NCBI GenBank assembly: GCA_016649675.1
Contig: JAENXG010000001.1
Coordinates: forward strand, 1-34,531
Direction of reading: 5' to 3'
Source: Methyloceanibacter sp.
GTDB lineage: Bacteria > Pseudomonadota > Alphaproteobacteria > Rhizobiales > Methyloligellaceae
Length of the DNA stretch: 34,531 bases
Made by a program: the position numbers and the translations under genes. The notes beneath the pieces were generated by a model that was given only the letters and a program-made list of their open reading frames with translations, had not been told where the DNA came from and made no database searches. Shown piece by piece: positions 18,825-28,867 of this stretch. Numbering within the stretch: the first letter of the stretch is position 1; each line of letters opens with the position of its first letter.

Positions 18825-19130
18825 TCAGCGCCAATTCGTCCCGATTACCCTGAAGCCAGGAGCGACCGAGCCGCCCTCTTGGGTCACGGTCACCTCGGTC
18901 ACGTCCGCGTCGGGCGGACCCTCGGCACAGAGCCTCAGCATCTCGTCCACCTTGGCGGCGGGTCCGCAGAACACCGCCTCGACGCTGCCGTCGTCGCGGT
19001 TGCGCACCGTGCCGTCGAGACCGAGCGCTCGCGCTGTCCGATCGGTCCAGGCGCGGTAATCGACGCCCTGCACTTTGCCTTCGATCCTCACCGTGACGGT
19101 CCGCGTTGTCAGCTGATCTTTGCCAGGCAT
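18825..19130 (-). CDS. acyP: Acylphosphatase
   Basis: GKVQGVDYR, GTVRNRDDGSVE and GPP.A.V motifs. Confidence 0.92.
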   Translation of the reverse strand: MPGKDQLTTRTVTVRIEGKVQGVDYRAWTDRTARALGLDGTVRNRDDGSVEAVFCGPAAKVDEMLRLCAEGPPDADVTEVTVTQEGGSVAPGFRVIGTNWR

Positions 19131-19148
19131 GTTTCGGCCCGTGCGTGC

Positions 19149-21170
19149 TCACGCGAATTCGAGGATCACCGCATCCACATTGAGGCTATCGCCGGGCTTG
19201 GCCAGGATCTTGGCGACCTTGGCGTCGCGCTCGGCCTTGAGCACGTTCTCCATCTTCATCGCCTCGACGACGCAGAGCGGGTCCCCCGCCGCCACCTCCT
19301 GGCCTACGCTGACAGCGAGCGAGACCACGAGCCCGGGCATCGGGCAGAGCAGGAACTTCGAGGTGTCGGGCAGCTCCTTGACCGGCATCAGCGTCGCGAG
19401 CTCGGTCTCGCGCTCCGTGAAGACGCGCGCCGCGATCTCGACGCCCTGATAGGTGAGCATCACGCCGTTCAGGATCGGACGCACCTGCACCGCCACCGGC
19501 GCGCTGTCGATCGTCCCCTCCCAGATGGGTTCGCCGAACCACCACGACGAGGCAAGGTTGATCCGCCGCTTCGGCTCGCCGGTCCCCTCCCCGCCGATGG
19601 TCACGATCATGGGAGCGTCCCGCCCGCCCTCGACGGTGACCCGCACGCGCTCCGCGCCAAGCTCCACGATGCGCGTTTCGGCAAAGCGCACGGGCTCGCC
19701 ATGCATCTGCTGGGTGATCGCGCGGCGCCGTTCATTGCTCAAATGATCGATGCTCGCGGCCACCCCGACCAGCACGTCGCGCACGCGGCCCTCAGGCTGC
19801 GGCGTCTTGAATCCTTCCGGAAACTCCTCGGCAATGAACTTGGTCGAGAGCCGGCCTTCCTTCCACCTCTCGTTCCGCATCAGCACGGCTAGGAACGCGA
19901 TGTTGTGGCGGAAGCCGTCGATGGCGAACGCATCGAGCGCGCTCCCCATGTGCTCGATCGCGGCAAGCCGCTTCGGCGCATGGGTGACGAGCTTGGCAAT
20001 CATCGGGTCGTAATAAATTGAGATCTCGCCGCCTTCCTCGACACCGGAGTCGAGCCGCGTGGTGACGCCGCCCGAGGTGCCGAGCCGCGGCGGCCGGTAG
20101 CGCACGAGGCGCCCGGTCGAGGGCATGAAGTTCCGCGACGGGTCCTCGGCATAGATGCGCACCTCGACGGCCGAGCCCTTCAGCTTCACGTCCTTCTGCT
20201 TGAGGGAAAGCTTTTCGCCGGCGGCGACCTTGAGCATCTCCTCGACGAGATCGAGCCCGGTGACGAGCTCGGTCACCGGATGCTCCACCTGGAGCCGGGT
20301 ATTCATCTCCAGGAAATAGAAGTTGCGGTCCTTGTCGACGATGAACTCGACGGTCCCGGCCGAATCGTAGCCGACGGCCTTGGCCAGGGCGACGGCCTCG
20401 GCGCCCATCGCCTCGCGCGTCTTGGCATCGAGGAACGGGCTCGGCGCCTCCTCGACGACCTTCTGGTTGCGCCGCTGGATCGAGCATTCCCGCTCGCCGA
20501 GATGGATGACGTTGCCGTGCTTATCGCCGAGCACCTGGATCTCGATATGGCGCGGCTCTTCGATATATTTCTCGATGAACATGCGGTCATCGCCGAAGCT
20601 CGACTTCGCCTCGGACTTGGAGGTGGTGAAGCCCTCTTCCACCTCCTTGCGGCTATAGGCGATGCGCATGCCTTTGCCGCCGCCGCCGGCCGACGCCTTG
20701 ATCATGACCGGATAGCCGATCTCATCGGCGATCTTGATCGCCTCCTTGGCGTCCTTGATGACGCCGAGATGGCCCGGAACGGTGGAGACCTTTGCTTTCG
20801 CGGCGAGCTTCTTCGACTCGATCTTGTCGCCCATCGCCTCGATGGCTGTGACGTTCGGACCGACGAAAGCGATGCCCGCGTCTTCAAGCGCGCGGGCAAA
20901 CGCCGCGTTCTCGGAGAGGAAGCCGTAGCCTGGATGAATGGCGTCGGCTCCCGTCCCCTTGGCGGCGGCGATGATCTTGGCGATGTCGAGATAGGACTGG
21001 GCAGCGGCGGCAGGACCGATGGGAACCGCCTCGTCGGCCATATCTACATGCAGCGCGTCGCGGTCGGCCTCGGAATAGACGGCGACGGTGGCGATGCCGA
21101 GCCGCTTTGCGGTGCGGATGATGCGGCAGGCGATCTCGCCCCGATTGGCGATCAGAAGCTTAGCGAACAT
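19149..21170 (-). CDS. pccA: Acetyl/propionyl-CoA carboxylase alpha subunit (biotin carboxylase plus biotin carrier), PccA-like
   Basis: LIANRGEIA, HPGYGFLSEN, GGGGKGMR, RECSIQRRNQK, EMNTRLQVEH and biotinylation motif EAMKM. Substrate specificity is inferred. Confidence 0.88.
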   Translation of the reverse strand: MFAKLLIANRGEIACRIIRTAKRLGIATVAVYSEADRDALHVDMADEAVPIGPAAAAQSYLDIAKIIAAAKGTGADAIHPGYGFLSENAAFARALEDAGIAFVGPNVTAIEAMGDKIESKKLAAKAKVSTVPGHLGVIKDAKEAIKIADEIGYPVMIKASAGGGGKGMRIAYSRKEVEEGFTTSKSEAKSSFGDDRMFIEKYIEEPRHIEIQVLGDKHGNVIHLGERECSIQRRNQKVVEEAPSPFLDAKTREAMGAEAVALAKAVGYDSAGTVEFIVDKDRNFYFLEMNTRLQVEHPVTELVTGLDLVEEMLKVAAGEKLSLKQKDVKLKGSAVEVRIYAEDPSRNFMPSTGRLVRYRPPRLGTSGGVTTRLDSGVEEGGEISIYYDPMIAKLVTHAPKRLAAIEHMGSALDAFAIDGFRHNIAFLAVLMRNERWKEGRLSTKFIAEEFPEGFKTPQPEGRVRDVLVGVAASIDHLSNERRRAITQQMHGEPVRFAETRIVELGAERVRVTVEGGRDAPMIVTIGGEGTGEPKRRINLASSWWFGEPIWEGTIDSAPVAVQVRPILNGVMLTYQGVEIAARVFTERETELATLMPVKELPDTSKFLLCPMPGLVVSLAVSVGQEVAAGDPLCVVEAMKMENVLKAERDAKVAKILAKPGDSLNVDAVILEFA

Positions 21171-21254
21171 ATGGTCCCCGCGGCCGATACTACTTCAGGC
21201 TTTCTAGAGGCTCGCTGGAAGCGAGTAAACTGGCCGGGGAGGTCCTAACTGCTC

Positions 21255-24200
21255 CTACTCTGCGGCAGGCGGGAACCGCCTCCGCCGCCCCTTATGCTTT
21301 GCCGCCCGGCGCTCAGGGCCGTGTGGCCCCGAGGAAGCGGCAGAAGCTGCGGAGCTGAAACCCCCCGCCTCCGGCGAAAGTTGGCCCTCCGCGGGCTCAG
21401 TCTCGGGTTCGCCAGAAAACAACATCCCGGCCTCAGCCTCGGCGTCGGCCTCCTCGAGTGTTTCCGGAACCTGGTCCTTGGCAGAGTCGGGGGAACCGGC
21501 AGTGGTCTCGGCCCGTGCCCGCGCCGTCGCTTTCTGATGGTCTCTGGCGAGGAAGGTGTAGACGGCGGGCGTCACGAACAGGGTGAACATCGTGCCGATG
21601 GTCATGCCGGCTGCGATCACCACGCCGATATCGAAGCGGCTCGCAGCGCCCGCGCCCTTGGCGATCAGGAGCGGCACCATGGCCACCACCATGGCCGCCG
21701 TGGTCATGAGGATAGGCCTGAGCCTGATGGCAGCCGCGTGCTCGATCGCCTCGCGCCTGCCATAGCCCTGCTCCTCCTGCAGCTTATTGGCGAAGTCCAC
21801 CATCAGGATGCCGTGCTTCGAGATCAAACCGATCAGGGTGACGAGCCCGATCTGCGTGTAGATGTTGATGGTGGCGAGCCCGGCATTGAGCGGGATGAGC
21901 GCGCCGAACATCGCGGTCGGCAGCGCGATCAAGATGATCAACGGGTCGCGGAAGCTCTCATACTGCGCGGCGAGCACGAGGAAGATGATGATGAGGGCGA
22001 AGATGAAGGTGTAGACGAGCGTATCGCCCTCCTGGACGAATTGCCGGCTCTGGCCTTGGAAATCGTAGAAGAAGCCTTCCGGAAAGCTCGTAGCGGCCTT
22101 CTGCTTGAGAAAGTCGATGGCCTCGCCGACAGTGCGGCCGGGGAACGGCACGGCCGACAGCGTCGCCGAGTTGAGCTGCTGGAAATTGGTGAGCGCGTTC
22201 GGCTGCACCACCTTGGTCACGGTGGCAACGTTGGACAGCGGCACGAGCGCGCCTGAGCTCGTGCGGATCTGGTAGCGCGTGAGCCAGTCCTCGTTCAGCC
22301 TGAACTCGCGCGGCACCTGCGGAATGACCTGATAGCTGCGCCCGTAAAGGTTGAACAGGTTGACGTAATTGCCGCCGAGCAGCGTGGCGAGCGAGTTGCC
22401 GATATCGGCCATGCTGATGCCGAGCCGGTTCGCCTTGTCATGGTCGATCTTGAACTCGATCTGCGGCGTCTCGAAGCGAAGATCGGAATCGGAGAAGATG
22501 AACATGCCGCTCTCGCGCGCGGATTTTTCGACATCGGCAAGCACATCGGCGAGCTGCCGGAAGTCGTGCGTCGTGGTGATGACGAACTGCACCGGAGGCC
22601 CGCCCGTCGAGCCCGGCAAGGCCGGCGGTGAGAAGACGAGCGCAAGGGCCGGCGCGATGCCTGCGATTTTCGGCTGGAGCTCCTGCAGCACGGCCTTGTG
22701 ATTGCGGGTCCGCTCGTCCCAGGGCTTGAGCAGGACGCCGGCAAAGCCCTGATGCACGTCGCCCATGCCGTTGATGGCGAAGACGTGGTCCTTCTCCGGG
22801 ACGGTGCTGAAGACGCGGTAGATCTGCTGCGTCGCCTCCTCGAGATAGTCGAGATTGGCGTATTGCGGCGTCTTCACGAAGGTGAACAGGATACCCTGGT
22901 CCTCTTCCGGTGCGAGTTCCTTCTGCGTCGTCATATACATGAGGCCGGTTGCCGCGATCACGCCGGCGAGGACCAGAACCGTCACCGGCCGGTAGTTCAG
23001 CGTGCCGTGCAGGCGCCGCTGATAGCGCCGCTTCAGCCCCTCGAAGAGGCGGTCGAGATGCCGCGTGAGCCAACCGGGCTTGTCATGCTCGCTCTCGGCC
23101 TTGAGCAGCTTCGAGCACATCATCGGCGACAGCGTCACGGCGATAATGCCTGAGACGATCACGGCGCCGGCAAGGGTCAGCGCGAACTCCCGGAAGAGAA
23201 CGCCGGTAAGCCCCGAGACGAAGGCGATCGGCGCATAGACCGCGGCCAACGTGATGGTCATGGCGATGATCGGGTAGAGAATCTCCCGCGCCCCGAGGAT
23301 TGCGGCATCGAACGGGCGCCTGCCCTGCTCGATATGCCGGTGGATGTTCTCGACGACCACGATAGCGTCGTCGACCACGAGCCCGATGGCGAGCACGAGC
23401 GCCAGCAGCGTCATCAGATTGATCGAGTAGCCGAGCGCCAGGAGCATGGCGAGCACGCCGATGAGCGACAGTGGGATGGTGACGATCGGGATGAGGGTCG
23501 ACCTGAGATTGCCGAGGAACAGAAAGATCACCACGATGACGATGATGGCCGCCTCGCCCAAGGTCTTTACCACCTCCCAGATCGAGGCGCGGATGAAATT
23601 GGTGGCGTCGTAGGCGATGGCCGCTTCCAAGCCCGGCGGCAGCTCCTTTTGCACCTCCGGGAAGGCCTTGCGCACGTCGGTGATGACCGTCAGTGGGTTG
23701 GCGGTGGGGGTGGCATAGACGCCGATGAACACGGCCTTCAGCCCGTCGAAAACCGACGAGGAGTCGGCGCTCTGCGGCCCAAGCTCGATCTTAGCCACGT
23801 CGCCCAGCCTGACCAGCGAATCGCCGCGGGCGAGCACCACGAGCTTGCCGAACGACTCAGGCGTCTCCAGCGAGGTCTTGGCATCGATATTGGTCTGCAC
23901 GAAATCGCCCTTCACCTGGCCCGGCGCCGAGGTGAAGTTGTTGCTGGCAAGCGACAGCCGCACGTCGAGCGGCGTGACCCCGAGCGCGGCCATGCGGTCG
24001 GGGTCGAGCCAGATGCGCATGGCGAAGGTCTGCCCGCCGAGGATTTGGGCGTTGGCCACGCCGTTGATGGTCTGCAGCTTCGGCTGCACCACGCGGGTGA
24101 GATAGTCGCTGATCTGCGAGGCGTTCATCACCTTCGAGTTGAAGGAGAGGTACATCAGCGCGTAGCCCTCTCCCGTCTGCTTGGTGACGATCGAGTCGTT

Positions 24201-24569
24201 GGCCTCGCGCGGCAGGATGCCCTTCACTTGCGCGACCTTCGACAGAACGTCGGTCATGGCCCGGTCGGGATTGGCGTCGAGCTTCAGGTTGAGCGTCACC
24301 GTGCTTACATTCTGGGTCGAGGTGGCGGTGAGCGTGTCGATGCCTTCAGCGCTCGCCACCGCCTGCTGGATCGGCACGGTGATAAAGCCTTGGATCAGAT
24401 CGGCATTCGCCCCGGGATAGGTCGTGACGACGGTGATCGTGGTGTTGGAGAGCTCGGGATATTGGCGAATGGGCAGCTTGAACCCGGCCTGGGCGCCGAC
24501 CAGGAGGATCAGCAGGCTCACCACCGTGGCAAGCACGGGCCGCTTGATGAAGATATCGGTGAAGCGCAT
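21255..24569 (-). CDS. RND efflux permease (HAE1, MexI/MexW-like)
   Basis: FIKRPVLA, AMRIWLDP, GLVVDDAIVVVEN, KHGILMVDFA and RLRPILMT; low-complexity C-terminal tail. Confidence 0.95.
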   Translation of the reverse strand: MRFTDIFIKRPVLATVVSLLILLVGAQAGFKLPIRQYPELSNTTITVVTTYPGANADLIQGFITVPIQQAVASAEGIDTLTATSTQNVSTVTLNLKLDANPDRAMTDVLSKVAQVKGILPREANDSIVTKQTGEGYALMYLSFNSKVMNASQISDYLTRVVQPKLQTINGVANAQILGGQTFAMRIWLDPDRMAALGVTPLDVRLSLASNNFTSAPGQVKGDFVQTNIDAKTSLETPESFGKLVVLARGDSLVRLGDVAKIELGPQSADSSSVFDGLKAVFIGVYATPTANPLTVITDVRKAFPEVQKELPPGLEAAIAYDATNFIRASIWEVVKTLGEAAIIVIVVIFLFLGNLRSTLIPIVTIPLSLIGVLAMLLALGYSINLMTLLALVLAIGLVVDDAIVVVENIHRHIEQGRRPFDAAILGAREILYPIIAMTITLAAVYAPIAFVSGLTGVLFREFALTLAGAVIVSGIIAVTLSPMMCSKLLKAESEHDKPGWLTRHLDRLFEGLKRRYQRRLHGTLNYRPVTVLVLAGVIAATGLMYMTTQKELAPEEDQGILFTFVKTPQYANLDYLEEATQQIYRVFSTVPEKDHVFAINGMGDVHQGFAGVLLKPWDERTRNHKAVLQELQPKIAGIAPALALVFSPPALPGSTGGPPVQFVITTTHDFRQLADVLADVEKSARESGMFIFSDSDLRFETPQIEFKIDHDKANRLGISMADIGNSLATLLGGNYVNLFNLYGRSYQVIPQVPREFRLNEDWLTRYQIRTSSGALVPLSNVATVTKVVQPNALTNFQQLNSATLSAVPFPGRTVGEAIDFLKQKAATSFPEGFFYDFQGQSRQFVQEGDTLVYTFIFALIIIFLVLAAQYESFRDPLIILIALPTAMFGALIPLNAGLATINIYTQIGLVTLIGLISKHGILMVDFANKLQEEQGYGRREAIEHAAAIRLRPILMTTAAMVVAMVPLLIAKGAGAASRFDIGVVIAAGMTIGTMFTLFVTPAVYTFLARDHQKATARARAETTAGSPDSAKDQVPETLEEADAEAEAGMLFSGEPETEPAEGQLSPEAGGFSSAASAASSGPHGPERRAAKHKGRRRRFPPAAE

Positions 24570-24573
24570 GGGC

Positions 24574-25782
24574 CTACTGCTTCGGCAGCTCAGCCGGGGC
24601 TTTCAGCGCGCCGGAATTGTCGACCTTGATTGTGGCGCCTGGCTGCAATTTGAGCTGGCCACTGGTGACCACCTGCTCGCCGGCCTTGACGCCCTCGAGG
24701 ATCGCGACCCTGTCGCCCTCAGTCGGTCCGACGCGCACAAAGCGGCGCTCCACGGTGAGCTTGGGCTCGGCCGGAATGGCCCCGACCGTACCGGGCTCGG
24801 CGGCGGCGGCCGAGGCAACAGGTTCGGCAGCGGCCGTCGGTGCGGGGCTTGCGGGCGGCTCAGGCGCGCCCTCTTTCACCACCCAGACGCTGTCGCCATA
24901 GAGACCGTAGGTCACGGCCGTGCGCGGCACCGTCACGAGCTCCTTGGCTGAGCCCGCGAGCACGGCGACATTGGCGAACATGCCGGGCAACAGCTTGCGG
25001 TCGGGATTGGGCAACTTACCCCGCACCATGAGGGTGCGCGTATCCTGGCTGAGCCGGGCGTCGAAGGCTTCCACCTCGCCCTTGAACACTTGGCCCGGGT
25101 AAGCATCGGCGGCGAGCTCGATGGGGGCGCCGATAGCAAATTTGGCGACCGTGCCCTCGGGCACAGGAAAGTCGACCCAAATGGGATCGAGCGCCTGCAG
25201 CCAGACCATTGCCTGCCCTGCCGACACATATTGTCCCTTCTCCATGTGGCGAAGGCCGAGCCGCCCGGCAAAGGGCGCCGTGATGGTCTTCTGCGCGATG
25301 ATGGCCTCGGTGCGCTGCACCGCCGCCGCGGCAGAGTCGCGCTTGGCGATGGTCTGATCGAGGGTGGCCTGGGACACGTCGGCCTGCTTGACGAGTCTGG
25401 ACTGCCGCCCGAAATCGATATCGGCCTGATGCAGGACCGCCTTGCGGTCGGCAAGATCGGCCTCCTCGACCGAAGTGTCGAGCGCGACGAGCTTCGCCCC
25501 TTTCTCGACATCGGCGCCGCTGTCGAAGAAATAGGCGGTGACCAGGCCGCCCACCTGAGGAGCAACGTCGACGCCTTCGATGGCGACAAGAGTGCCGATG
25601 GCCCGCACCCGGTCGATCCAGCTTGCGGTCTTGGCCGGCTCGGCCGTCACCGTGGCCGGCGGCGGCACCATCTTCGCCATGAACTCGCCGATCATCTTCG
25701 GCTTGAAGACGAGATTGAAATAGCCCACCCCGCCCAGGAACAGGCCGACAATGACGGCGGCAATGACGAAGCGCTTGATCAT
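24574..25782 (-). CDS. RND periplasmic adaptor (membrane fusion protein)
   Basis: N-terminal TM from MIKRFVIAAVIVG, lipoyl half-motifs, APFAGRLG, LPGMFA and GEQVVTSG. Start moved to ATG 25782. Confidence 0.92.
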   Translation of the reverse strand: MIKRFVIAAVIVGLFLGGVGYFNLVFKPKMIGEFMAKMVPPPATVTAEPAKTASWIDRVRAIGTLVAIEGVDVAPQVGGLVTAYFFDSGADVEKGAKLVALDTSVEEADLADRKAVLHQADIDFGRQSRLVKQADVSQATLDQTIAKRDSAAAAVQRTEAIIAQKTITAPFAGRLGLRHMEKGQYVSAGQAMVWLQALDPIWVDFPVPEGTVAKFAIGAPIELAADAYPGQVFKGEVEAFDARLSQDTRTLMVRGKLPNPDRKLLPGMFANVAVLAGSAKELVTVPRTAVTYGLYGDSVWVVKEGAPEPPASPAPTAAAEPVASAAAAEPGTVGAIPAEPKLTVERRFVRVGPTEGDRVAILEGVKAGEQVVTSGQLKLQPGATIKVDNSGALKAPAELPKQ

Positions 25783-26011
25783 GGTGCTATTGTTTACAGC
25801 CAATGGTGACAGAGCGATGGAACGCCCGAACCTAGCCACTGGACAAGGCCAAATTGCGCCCCCGAGCGGCGCAAGCAACAAGGGGATAGCAGCCTCCTCG
25901 CCGTTTGCAAACGGCTTCGGACGCCACCTTTGGGTCGCGCGCCCCTGCTTAGGATCAGAGGCGGGAACTGGGCCTCCGCCAGCCGGCAAGAGCGTCGTTA
26001 GAGAGGTGACA

Positions 26012-27049
26012 TTGGGAACCCTGAAAAGAGCCGTTTGCCTCGCCCTTCTCCTCGCTGTGGCGACCCCTGGCGCGCCACGTGCCGAGGAAGGGGCTGCACA
26101 GGGTACCCGCGCCGAGGAGCCCTTCGGCATCGCTCTCGAAGGCTTCCCCTACCCCTATCCTGTCCGCATGTTCCCTCTCACCCAGGACGGCGAGAGGCTG
26201 CGCATGGCCTATATGGATGTGGCGCCGAACGGTACCGCCAACGGCTGCACCGCCCTTCTCCTCCATGGGCGGAACTTCCCCTCGAGCTATTGGCAAGAGG
26301 TCATCGAGGCGCTGACGGCCGCCGGCTATCGCGTGGTCGTGCCCGACCAGATCGGCTTCGGCAAATCCTCAAAACCCGCCTTCGACCTCCACTTCGACCA
26401 GCTCGCCCGCAACGCTGCGGCGCTCCTCGATGAGCTAAAGATCGACAAGGTCGACATCGTTGGTCATTCGACCGGCGGGATGCTCGCGGTACGCTTCGCG
26501 CGCACCTACCCGGAACGGGTCGCGCGGATCGTTCTCGCAGCGCCGATCGGGCTCGAGGACTATCGGCTCTATGTGCCGCCCGTCCCTCTCGAGCGGCTGA
26601 TGGAGCTCGAGGATAAGGTCACGGCCGAGAGTTATCGCCACCAGCTCCTCACCGCCTATTCGCTGACGCTGCCCCCTGAGGCGCTCGATCCTTATGTGGA
26701 GGCGCGCATCAGGGTGAAAGGCAGCGCCGAATATCCGCGCTGGCTGCGCGCTTTCGCCAATTCCTATCTGATGATCTGGCGCGAGTCGGTGGTGAGCGAG
26801 ATCCCGCTGCTCACCCAGAAGGTGCTGTTCGTCATGGGCGGGAACGACCACCTTGCCCCCGGTCGAGACTTCGCGCCGGAAGCCCTGCGCGGCGAGATGG
26901 GACAGAATGTACGCCTCGCGCAAGCGCTCGCCGGCAAGATGAGCCAGGCCCGCGTGGAAGTGTTCGAAGGCATCGGCCATCTCGTGCATCTCGAGGCGCC
27001 GCAGCGCTTCAACGATGTGGTGCTGCGCTTCCTCAGCGAGGACCCGTGA
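26012..27049 (+). CDS. Exported alpha/beta hydrolase
   Basis: Signal peptide ending PRA|EE, LLHG, DQIGFGKS, nucleophile elbow GHSTGG, catalytic-His region IGHLVH. TTG start after GAGG is approximate. Confidence 0.88.
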   Translation: MGTLKRAVCLALLLAVATPGAPRAEEGAAQGTRAEEPFGIALEGFPYPYPVRMFPLTQDGERLRMAYMDVAPNGTANGCTALLLHGRNFPSSYWQEVIEALTAAGYRVVVPDQIGFGKSSKPAFDLHFDQLARNAAALLDELKIDKVDIVGHSTGGMLAVRFARTYPERVARIVLAAPIGLEDYRLYVPPVPLERLMELEDKVTAESYRHQLLTAYSLTLPPEALDPYVEARIRVKGSAEYPRWLRAFANSYLMIWRESVVSEIPLLTQKVLFVMGGNDHLAPGRDFAPEALRGEMGQNVRLAQALAGKMSQARVEVFEGIGHLVHLEAPQRFNDVVLRFLSEDP

Positions 27050-27095
27050 CGGCGCTCAGTGCCGCCGCCCATCGCAGCATGCTATAAAGCTCGCC

Positions 27096-27713
27096 ATGGC
27101 AATCACGCTCTACGATGTCCAACCCTCGCCCCATGGCCGAAAAGTGCGCCTGCTCGCGGCCGAGCTTGGCATTCCGCTCGTCAAGGTCTCCTGCGATCCG
27201 CGCATCGGCGAGACGCGCACCAGCGATTATCTCGCTAAGAACCCGAATGGGCGCGTTCCGACCTTGGAGGAGGACGGCTTCGTCCTCTGGGAATCGCCGG
27301 CGATCCTCAAATACCTTGCGGCCAAACGGCCCGACCGGGCGCTTGGCGGATCGGACACCAAAGCCCAAGCCCTCGTCGATCAATGGATTTGCTGGTGGGT
27401 CAGCGGGCCTGAGGCCGCCATCGACGCGCTCGCCTGGGAGGTTTTGATCAAGCCGAAAGTGCTCAACCAGCCCGGCAACGACCCCGGCATCATCGCCGAC
27501 GCGCACGCGCGGATCGACCGCTTTCTCCCCGTCCTCGACAAGCAGCTCGCGGGCCGCGACTACGTCGTCGGACCGCTCACTGTCGTGGATTTTCTCATCG
27601 GCCCGCGCCTCGATACCGCACCGAGCATCCTCAAGTTCGATATCAGCCGATACGCGAATATCAGGGCTTGGCTCGAGCGCCTGCGCGCCAAGCCCTATTG
27701 GCAGGACGCCTAG
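27096..27713 (+). CDS. Glutathione S-transferase
   Basis: SPHGRKV, NPNGRVPTL, LWESPAILKYL and C-domain LTVVD. Confidence 0.93.
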   Translation: MAITLYDVQPSPHGRKVRLLAAELGIPLVKVSCDPRIGETRTSDYLAKNPNGRVPTLEEDGFVLWESPAILKYLAAKRPDRALGGSDTKAQALVDQWICWWVSGPEAAIDALAWEVLIKPKVLNQPGNDPGIIADAHARIDRFLPVLDKQLAGRDYVVGPLTVVDFLIGPRLDTAPSILKFDISRYANIRAWLERLRAKPYWQDA

Positions 27714-27728
27714 GAACGGCTCCCGCTT

Positions 27729-28106
27729 CTAGCAGCCCTTCTTCGCCTCGACCTTCTTGATGGCGCCCACATTGTAGCGCTCGGCAGCATTGAGCGGCAC
27801 CTTGCCCGCATCGTCATATTTGCAGCCGGCATTGCCGAAGGCCTGGATCCCCTTCTGCGTATGGAAGCAGTAGCCGCGCTCCTTGTAGATGGTGTTGCGC
27901 ACCTCCCAGAGGATCTGGCAGCTCAACTGCTTCAGCTGCGCGTTTTTGAAATAGTCCTTGTTGGTGCAGCCGATGAGCTCGTAGCAGTTGGCGCGCGCCG
28001 GTGACGGCGAGAGCACGAGGCAAGCGATAACGGCCGCCAGGGCCGGCATCGCGGCGATGCCGACAATGCGCTTCCAAACGCTTTCAGACGAACGCTCGAT
28101 GATCAT
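27729..28106 (-). CDS. Exported YARHG-like domain protein (6 Cys in mature part)
   Basis: GGAGG RBS, signal ending PARA, SCQILWEVRNTIYKERGYCF and PLN..ER.N..IK..E..GC. Confidence 0.8.
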   Translation of the reverse strand: MIIERSSESVWKRIVGIAAMPALAAVIACLVLSPSPARANCYELIGCTNKDYFKNAQLKQLSCQILWEVRNTIYKERGYCFHTQKGIQAFGNAGCKYDDAGKVPLNAAERYNVGAIKKVEAKKGC

Positions 28107-28124
28107 GTCTACCTCCCTGTGGGA

Positions 28125-28430
28125 CTAGAGACAGCCAAGGCTGTGCTCTGTCCTCTTGATGGCGAGAATGGTGCTGCGATCGGCGTGCGACAACGGGATG
28201 TCGCCCTCGTTGTCGTAGCTGCAGCCGGCATTGCCGAAATAGTTGATGGCCTTGGAAGTCTTGAAGCAATAGCCGTAGGCTTTGTAGATCGAATTGCGCT
28301 GGACCCACAGATCGAAGCAGGAGCTGGCGCGGGCCGGCGCGATGCCGGCGGCCAAGCCGATGACGGCGGTGGCGAGACCGAGCAGCACCAAAAGTGTCGG
28401 CCAACGCAGAAAAGCTTTCAGTAAACGCAT
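28125..28430 (-). CDS. Exported YARHG-like domain protein (4 Cys)
   Basis: GGAGG RBS, signal ending PARA, SCFDLWVQRNSIYKAYGYCF and FGNAGC; paralog of the downstream gene. Confidence 0.8.
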   Translation of the reverse strand: MRLLKAFLRWPTLLVLLGLATAVIGLAAGIAPARASSCFDLWVQRNSIYKAYGYCFKTSKAINYFGNAGCSYDNEGDIPLSHADRSTILAIKRTEHSLGCL

Positions 28431-28606
28431 GGTGACCTCCGTGGGGGACTGGCGAGCCCGCCGACCATACTTGATTTCCTCTGATGCCGGAATGACGCGA
28501 ATTCATCCTCTTTTTCCTGTCCTCCCTTGTCATCGCCAAGCTTAACCGGCGATCCCGTTTGTGCCAGACGCCGACATTCCATAGACTTCGGGGAAAAGGA
28601 GTCGCC

Positions 28607-28798
28607 ATGACTGACACTGCAACTCTCAGCGAACTCAACACGCGCATCGCCGCAATCCGAGAGAACATCCGCGAACTCATTGAGCAGGCCGCCGCCTACT
28701 CCGGCGCAGCGGATGAGGACCGGACGGCCGACCGGATCGCGGAGCAGGAGGCAAAGCTCGAAGCGCTCGTGAAGCAGCGGGATGCTCTTACGAAATAG
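28607..28798 (+). CDS. Small coiled-coil hypothetical protein (63 aa)
   Basis: AAGGAG RBS; heptad pattern LSELNTRIAAIRENIRELIEQAAAYSGAADE; genome-like codon usage. Confidence 0.75.
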   Translation: MTDTATLSELNTRIAAIRENIRELIEQAAAYSGAADEDRTADRIAEQEAKLEALVKQRDALTK

Positions 28799-28867
28799 TC
28801 GTGCGCGTGGGCGGAGGCATCCTTCGCGATCGCAGCACCCACAGCCGCAAAACAACAGGCGCAACTC

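Noticed and set aside
18285-19892. 535-aa plus-strand ORF
   Set aside because: Off-frame to lipB and antisense to acyP/pccA; Arg/Ala-rich with no domain.
21255-25782. RND pump without an outer-membrane factor, or as exporter for the RiPP
   Set aside because: Using an unlinked TolC is common. The precursor has a Sec signal, and the pump is over 6 kb away beyond housekeeping genes.
25751-26130. Apparent head-to-head overlap of the MFP and hydrolase ORFs
   Set aside because: Artefact of longest-ORF starts. With starts at 25782 and about 26012 there is an ordinary divergent intergenic region.
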